This document shows, in pieces, positions 1-5,226 of a stretch of 5,226 bases of DNA; position 1 is the stretch's first letter; the number at the start of each line of letters is the position of its first letter. The position numbers and the translations under genes were made by a program. The stretch lies in NCBI RefSeq assembly GCF_006345805.1, contig NW_021830108.1, positions 1-5,226 on the forward strand, read 5' to 3'. The stretch is from Octopus sinensis. Its lineage: Eukaryota. A model generated the notes under the pieces. That model did no database searches. It saw only the letters and a list, made by a program, of their open reading frames with translations, and was not told the origin of the DNA.

Positions 1-952
1 GGGGTGGGGGTTAAAAAAAAAAAAAAAAAAAAAAGGGGGGGAGAGGAAAAAAAAATTGATCAATGGATCGTTATCACAGAAATGTCAATATGAAGTGTAA
101 AGGGGAGGACAGGTGAGGTTTACTCGTGGAAAGAAAAGCCTACGGAAAAGACCACGGTAACCTCGGTCAATGAAGTCACATTTTATATTTCTTTTTTTTT
201 TTTTTTTTTTGCAAATAAGCAACTCTCTGTTTTCGATTTCTGGGTTCATAGGACTATGCTCAAGGTGGCTTCGTCATTCATACGTGCCATTCTTTGCTAC
301 ATTCACCCATCTTTTTTAAAACATTCGCTAGACAAAACTTGCCTCTCTACTCTCACTTTCCTTTTCAAGTGGTACTTGAAGAAGTTGATGAGAGATTGAC
401 CAGAGAGGAAAGTGTTTGTCTCCAATCCTTTCAGACGCGTCCACCAGATACATTTTCGCCATAGCACAAGGATGATGAAAATAGCTCTTCCTTCCCGTTT
501 GAAGGAAGGAGGCGTGAACATATTGACGATAGACTCAGCTGATAAACCGACTCGTCCACACGTGACAGCAGTTGTTCGACATAAGCCCACAGGTCGGAAA
601 TTGTTGGACACTGAACGAGTGCGTGCAGAACGGTTTCGTCGCTCTGACCGCATCTCGGGCAGGTCGGCCCCGTGTTTCTCGAGCCGTGTCTGTAGAGCTT
701 ATCCCGAACGGGTAGCGCTTCTCGGTAGCACTGCCAGGCCAGGGATCTCTGGAAGTTGTCCATGGCCCTGGCCCGAAAGTTGTCCCGAACAGGCGGGTCA
801 GGTACTCCTCGTCGACGTCCAGGTTCGCCCCGAGCTCGTCGTCGTACCTCCCTCCACTAAACCCCTATAGAATGCTTTGGTTGTGTTGAAGTCACTTAAG
901 GTCGACCCAGGACGGCAGAGTTGCTTGAGAGCAACGCGACACTCGCGGTGCC

Positions 953-953
<1 letters not shown>
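1..953 (-). mobile_element. 5'-truncated non-LTR retrotransposon (L1/Tx1-type LINE): ORF2 C-terminus plus 3' UTR; the 3' end is uncertain and may run off the left edge of the window
   Basis: Minus-strand coding remnant 953-246 with a CxxC-x8-H-x4-C motif (CPRCGQSDETVLHALVQC). It is GC/CpG-rich against an AT-rich background and ends abruptly at the (AGAT)n array at 953. It is followed by an A19 run (plus-strand T192-210) and a GC-balanced, pyrimidine-rich putative UTR. The boundary left of 192 is inferred. Confidence 0.8.
246..953 (-). pseudogene. Frameshifted C-terminal fragment of LINE ORF2, including the zinc-binding domain downstream of reverse transcriptase (zf-RVT)
   Basis: Joining ORFs 798..1136, 431..763 and 303..653 across single-base frameshifts gives [221 protein letters not shown]. 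The W..Y...LP...L, CxxC..ET..H....C..LW and later IW..R pattern is typical of L1/Tx1 ORF2 C-termini. The stop is at 276-274, or at 248-246 with one more shift. Confidence 0.85.
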
Positions 954-997
<44 letters not shown>

Positions 998-1041
998 TAG
1001 ATAGATAGATAGATAGAGAGAGAAAGAGATAGATAGACAAG

Positions 1042-1113
<72 letters not shown>

Positions 1114-1137
1114 GAGAGAAAGAGATAGATAGACAAG

Positions 1138-1226
<89 letters not shown>
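953..1226. repeat. (AGAT)n / (GATA)n tetranucleotide microsatellite with two identical 30-bp variant blocks
   Basis: Direct reading. The block AGAGAGAGAAAGAGATAGATAGACAAGTAG occurs at 1015-1044 and 1111-1140. Confidence 0.99.
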
Positions 1227-1752
1227 GCACCTTTATTAGACTATTTTCTTCAGTTATTGCACGATGATCGCAATAACTTTTAAGCTTATATAAAAAAAAA
1301 CTATTATTATTTACAGGATTCTAAAGTCGGTGCCGTATAAAAAAACATTCGCACCGAAATATATATATGAATATTTTAATAATTACATACATAATTATAA
1401 CAAGGGATTGCCTATAAGCCTCTCCACGGGCTAGAAAAATAGACGCTAAAAGACGCTATTACCATCTTATAGCCAATCCCTTGTTATAAATATGTATATA
1501 ATTATTAAAATACTTGTAAAATTTACCTATAAGGTTTTTATTTCTCTTAAAGCCAAGATGGGGCATGATAACATGAATTTCTCTCGGTACATCACTGATA
1601 TTCATCATCTCTTTGGTTGAGCTTCTTTGGATACTTTTTAACCCGTTCGCACCATCCATCTCAGTCGAGCCTTCGCTGAGGGAAATCTTCTGATGTTGTG
1701 GTGATGAAAACACCCTGCCCTCGGGTCTTCAGTTTGCGAATAGGAAATAGTT

Positions 1753-1768
1753 TGTAGATCTGTATATT
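1753..1768. repeat. Target-site duplication, left copy (TGTAGATCTGTATATT)
   Basis: 15/16 identical to 2053-2068 and directly adjacent to the SINE A tail. Confidence 0.85.
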
Positions 1769-2052
1769 TTTTTTACGATTTTGCTACACATCGCTGGTCA
1801 CAATGCGCTTCGCATTGTTTTAGCCTTCAATGACGCCACACGCTGGCTAAGCGAGCAGGCCAACAGAAGTAAGAGCGAGAGAAAGTTATGGTGAAAGAGT
1901 ACAGCAGTAATCACCACCATCCCCTGCCGGAGCCTCGTGAAACTTTTAGGTGTTTTTGCTCAATAAACACTCACAAGACCGGTCTGTGAATCGAAACAGC
2001 GATCCTACGACCGCGAGTCCGCTGCCCTAACCACTGGGCCATTGCGCCTCCA
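1769..2052 (-). mobile_element. tRNA-derived SINE (tRNA-Arg-like head; resembles octopus OR-type SINEs) with a short A tail
   Basis: The minus strand starts TGGAGGCGCAATGGCCCAGTGGTTAGGGCAGCGGACTCGCGGTCGTAGGATCGCTGTTTCGATTC. It has an A box TGGCCCAGTGG (2041-2031) matching TRGCNNARYGG, a near-consensus B box GTTTCGATTC (1997-1988) and a 3' A run. It is flanked by a 16-bp direct repeat with one mismatch. The family name is from recollection, not a search. Confidence 0.9.
1988..2041 (-). promoter_or_regulatory. Internal RNA polymerase III type 2 promoter (A box 2041-2031, B box 1997-1988) of the SINE
   Basis: The A box is an exact match to TRGCNNARYGG. The B box is a near match to GTTCRANNC. 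Spacing is tRNA-like. Confidence 0.7.
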
Positions 2053-2068
2053 TGTAGATCTATATATT
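2053..2068. repeat. Target-site duplication, right copy (TGTAGATCTATATATT)
   Basis: 15/16 identical to 1753-1768 and directly adjacent to the first base of the SINE tRNA head. Confidence 0.85.
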
Positions 2069-2524
2069 AGCTACGAATTCACAATAAGCCATCACGGACA
2101 AAATCACAGATTGCCCTTTGGCAAGCCACCCGTTAGCCACCCTACTAGGGTCACGGGGAAATCAATAGCGTAGGGAGAGTGTGCGCCCTTCGAGTGCGGC
2201 CCTTCAGTTTACCGTTCCCGGGCCTCAACAAGAAAATACATATTACCTGCAGCAGACCCAAAAGTGGTGCCCCTACGCTAGTGGGGGAAATCTTAAATCC
2301 CCCCAAAGAGCGGAAATCCCACTCTCATTTGAAAACAGGATGGTGATTGGGAATGAAATGCAAAGCGTCAAGAATACCATGTCTTTGGGTTTCTTCCATC
2401 TTCGCAGAACAAATTACACTTTTATGAATTTTGGTGTCGGAAACCCGCAAGTTTATCCCGCCGTTAGTCACCTGGCCTTTCCGAATATGGTTGGTCACAA
2501 GGGGTGTTTACACACCTCAATACC

Positions 2525-2780
2525 TCTTTTACTTGTTTCAGTCATTTAACTGCGGCCATGTTGGAGCACCGCCTTTAGTCGAGCAAATCGACCCCAGGAC
2601 TTATTCTTTGTAAGTTAAGTACTTATTCCATCGGTCTGTTTTGCCGAACCGCTAGTTTACGGGGACGTAAACACACCAGCATCGGTTGTCAAGCGATGTT
2701 GGGTGGACAAACACAGACGCACAAATACATACACACACACACAAACACACACCACACACACACACACACACACCACACAA

Positions 2781-2838
<58 letters not shown>

Positions 2839-2987
2839 CGACGGGCTTCTTTCAGTTTCCGTCTACCAAATCTACTCACAAGGCTTTGGTCGGTCTGAGG
2901 CTATAGCAGAAGACACTTGCCCAAGGTGCCACGCAGAGGGACTGAAACCAGAACCATGTGGTTGGTAAGCAAGCTACTTACCTCACA
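2525..2987 (-). mobile_element. tRNA-derived, CORE-like SINE with an internal microsatellite; 5' end degenerate or clipped
   Basis: Minus strand: a tRNA-like head remnant (GTGAGGTAAGTAGCTTGCTTACCAACCACATGGTTCTGGTTTCAGTCCC) with a decayed B box, then ACCTTGGGCAAGT (2927-2915), which matches the start of the MIR/CORE domain. A (TA)n(TG)n tract and a 3' tail ending GACTGAAACAAGTAAAAGA follow. It resembles a very abundant octopus SINE (recollection, unverified). Confidence 0.8.
2729..2838. repeat. Compound (CA)n(TA)n microsatellite inside the SINE
   Basis: Direct reading. Confidence 0.98.
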
Positions 2988-3733
2988 AAATATACTCATT
3001 TATGTGGGTTCAGGATATATCAGCTAAGTTTGTAACCCTTGTGGCTGATTGGTATTAATATAAAACAATTCAATAAAGTAAATTTAAAAATTAAGGAAAA
3101 ACTAAAAAATCTTAGATTCCGATCACACTTATTTATAAAATACACACAGAAAACACCGTGTTTTGGAAATTTTTAATATCTATAATGAATATTAGCATTA
3201 AAAAAAAGCTTAACAAGCAATCTCCATTGAAGTGCGTTAGTCACATGGGGTGCCTAGACAAAATTGACGTCTACTTCCCATGACAACTGACCCACGACTG
3301 TGCCACACAACCTGCAATAGGAAATTGGGGAGAAAAAACACCCCATGCAACTAACGAAGGTTTAACCAGCTCTGCAATGATCTACAGGACCTGCAATCAC
3401 GGACGTGAAATTAGCAATCGAAAGACATTCCTCACTCGTATTACTCCAGTCAAAAACAGATTTTCTCCAGTCAGGGTATTTACCCACGACTCAGGAAATC
3501 TCTGATGTTAAGGGCTGCAATGAATTTGTTTCAAAAATATTTAAATTTTAAAGTTTTGAGCTGGATAGATCCTTAAAAAAAGTGGTTGTTTGGATGAGGT
3601 TGATCCGAACCCAAGTCAGCGGTGGTCGCTCAATTCTGAACCACGGTTAGAGTTTGGATAGATTTTGAGCCTGATTATAGAGTTTAGCTAGGAATTACAA
3701 GAATGGTTTGTTTTGATCTTCAACAAAGGGAAG

Positions 3734-3767
3734 GAGAGAGATGAGAGATAGAGACTGAGAGAGAGAT

Positions 3768-3825
<58 letters not shown>

Positions 3826-3829
3826 GAAG
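3734..3829. repeat. (GA)n microsatellite, imperfect at the edges
   Basis: Direct reading. Confidence 0.98.
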
Positions 3830-3883
3830 ATCGGAAGAGAAATAGAGAACATGAAAAGATTGGACTCTATGAATGCGTATTTC

Positions 3884-4038
3884 TATGTTTGTATGTATGA
3901 GTGTATATATATATATACACATACGTGTATATATATATATATATATTAATATATGTATGCGTCTGTATATATATTTATACATATATATATGTATATATGT
4001 GTGTATGTGTATATATATATATATATAATAATGTGTTG

Positions 4039-4071
<33 letters not shown>

Positions 4072-4101
4072 CGTATGTATGTGTGTATGTATGTATATAT
4101 G
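3884..4101. repeat. Imperfect (TA)n/(TG)n/(TATG)n low-complexity tract
   Basis: Direct reading. It accounts for the I/Y/V/C/M-rich ORFs at 3695-4183. Confidence 0.95.
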
Positions 4102-4233
4102 CATTGTAGATAGCTATATCCTAATATATCATATGATATCATCATTTATATTAATGATTATTGATGTTCGATCTCACTTGTAAGAAATCATCGACTCTGG
4201 TCCCATGTTATTTCTTTCTCCCTCTCATTATGC

Positions 4234-4357
4234 ATTATTATTATTATTGTTCCTCCTTTACTTCTTTTTCTTCTTCTTCTCTTCTTCTCTTCTTCTTCTT
4301 CTTCTTATTATTATTATTATTATTATTATTGTTATTATTGTTAATGTTACTGTTGTT
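4234..4357. repeat. Compound trinucleotide tract (TTA)n-(TTC)n-(TTA)n-(TTG/TTA)
   Basis: Direct reading. Confidence 0.95.
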
Positions 4358-4491
4358 CTCTTCGTTTTTCTTTGTAGCATTTAAACTTGCAGCTACAAAC
4401 ATTTACATGTGTTTATTAATTGTCCACGTCGAACGGGTTTCCAAACACCATTCATTCTCACTTCTTCAACAAACGTTTATGGAAAATTATG

Positions 4492-4629
4492 CAACAACAA
4501 CAACATCAACAAAAGCAACAACAACAACAACAACAACGCGAAGACTATAAATACAAAGGAGAAAATAAAGGCGACCAACAATAACAAGACAAACGATTAC
4601 AAACAACTACAATAACAACTACAACAATA
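4492..4629. repeat. (CAA)n microsatellite (4492-4537) with a degenerate CAA/TAA-rich extension
   Basis: Direct reading. Confidence 0.92.
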
Positions 4630-4702
4630 AGAGGAAGTACAAAGATGTGTGTGTCTGTGCGTAAGTGAGGCAATTGTACGTGTGTCCCGTATATAATACA
4701 AA

Positions 4703-5226
4703 GATATATGCATATAAATATATATGTATATATATATAGTCATATACATATATATACATATATATACATATATACATATATATATATACATATATATATA
4801 TATACATACATATATATATACATACATATACATATACATACATATATACATATATATATACATACATATACATACATATATATATACACACACACATATA
4901 TATATATACATACATATATACATATATATATACATACATATATACACATACGCATACATACATATATATGTGTATATACACATATATTATATAAATTGAT
5001 TTAGATTGATTAAGTATGCGTATGCGTGGGTACATATATATGTATATATCTTTATATGTATAATGTAGATTGATTAAATATACGCATATATATACATGTA
5101 TTCATTTATTTATTTATACTTATATTTATAAATACATACATATGAATTTTCGCGTGTGTATATATATATAAGATTATACACAGACGATAACACTTATATA
5201 TGTATGAGTATATATTTACATATATT
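4703..5226. repeat. Imperfect (TA)n/(CA)n/(TACA)n tract (core about 4706-4992) fading into AT-rich low-complexity sequence
   Basis: Direct reading. It accounts for the five overlapping I/Y/H/T ORFs at 4597-5035. Confidence 0.95.

Noticed and set aside
1-46. Possible G-quadruplex from G4, G5 and G7 runs
   Set aside because: It needs a 24-nt loop, is cut by the window edge, and homopolymer lengths are unreliable.
412-870. 152-aa plus-strand ORF
   Set aside because: Antisense shadow of the GC-rich LINE ORF2, with no recognisable motif.
892-1230. ORFs rich in SIYL repeats (798..1136 and 892..1230)
   Set aside because: Translations of (TATC)n. Only the part below 953 is real LINE coding sequence.
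1327-1458. 7-bp inverted repeat TCGGTGC/GCACCGA (1327-1357) and AGACGCTA twice (1441-1458)
   Set aside because: Too short and isolated to distinguish from chance.
1459-1713. 84-aa minus-strand ORF and a possible plus-strand acceptor near 1552
   Set aside because: No recognisable domain, an AT-rich non-coding-like tail, and no convincing donor.
1690-1740. CTGAAGA followed by a CCC/GGG stem on the minus strand, resembling a hammerhead ribozyme core
   Set aside because: The required GAAA after stem II is absent.
2181-2613. ORFs 2181..2549 and 2431..2613
   Set aside because: Non-ATG starts, no recognisable family, and both run into the SINE tail.
1-2987. All three retroelements lie on the minus strand
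   Set aside because: Three elements share an orientation one time in four by chance.
2505-3000. Target-site duplication for the second SINE
   Set aside because: The flanks share only short CCTCA/AATA words, with no contiguous repeat at both ends.
3596-3670. tRNA-like words on the minus strand (GGGTTCGGATC) and reshuffled GGATAGAT/TTTTGAGC motifs
   Set aside because: The B box is mismatched, there is no proper A box or cloverleaf, and the repeats are only 8 bp.
4489-4584. Short poly-Q ORF (MQQQQHQQKQQQQQQQREDYK...)
   Set aside because: Product of the (CAA)n tract, with a stop soon after and no splice or coding support.
3695-5035. All I/Y/H/T/C/V-rich and poly-L/poly-T ORFs in the track, and the equivalent ones at 2652-2906
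   Set aside because: Stop-free translations of di- and trinucleotide repeats.

Overview
This is repeat-dense, AT-rich, non-coding eukaryotic DNA. The SINE families and microsatellite load resemble an octopus (coleoid cephalopod) genome; that assignment is recalled similarity, not a database result. From left to right: (1) a 5'-truncated minus-strand L1/Tx1-type LINE covering the ORF2 C-terminus with a zf-RVT CCHC motif plus 3' UTR (about 1-953), whose truncated end abuts a 274-bp (AGAT)n array; (2) a tRNA-derived SINE (1769-2052, minus) bracketed by a 16-bp target-site duplication; (3) an unexplained hairpin- and repeat-rich island (about 2100-2520); (4) a second, CORE-like tRNA-derived SINE with an internal (CA)n(TA)n tract (2525-2987, minus); (5) unique sequence with a cluster of minus-strand splice-acceptor-like motifs and two candidate micro-exons (3286-3521); (6) a run of simple repeats (3734-5226). 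No intact protein-coding gene is supported, and nearly all ORFs in the track are microsatellite artefacts. No new system is proven. The best leads are a possibly (GATA)n-targeted young Tx1 element, the paired micro-exon candidates, and the structured island between the SINEs.
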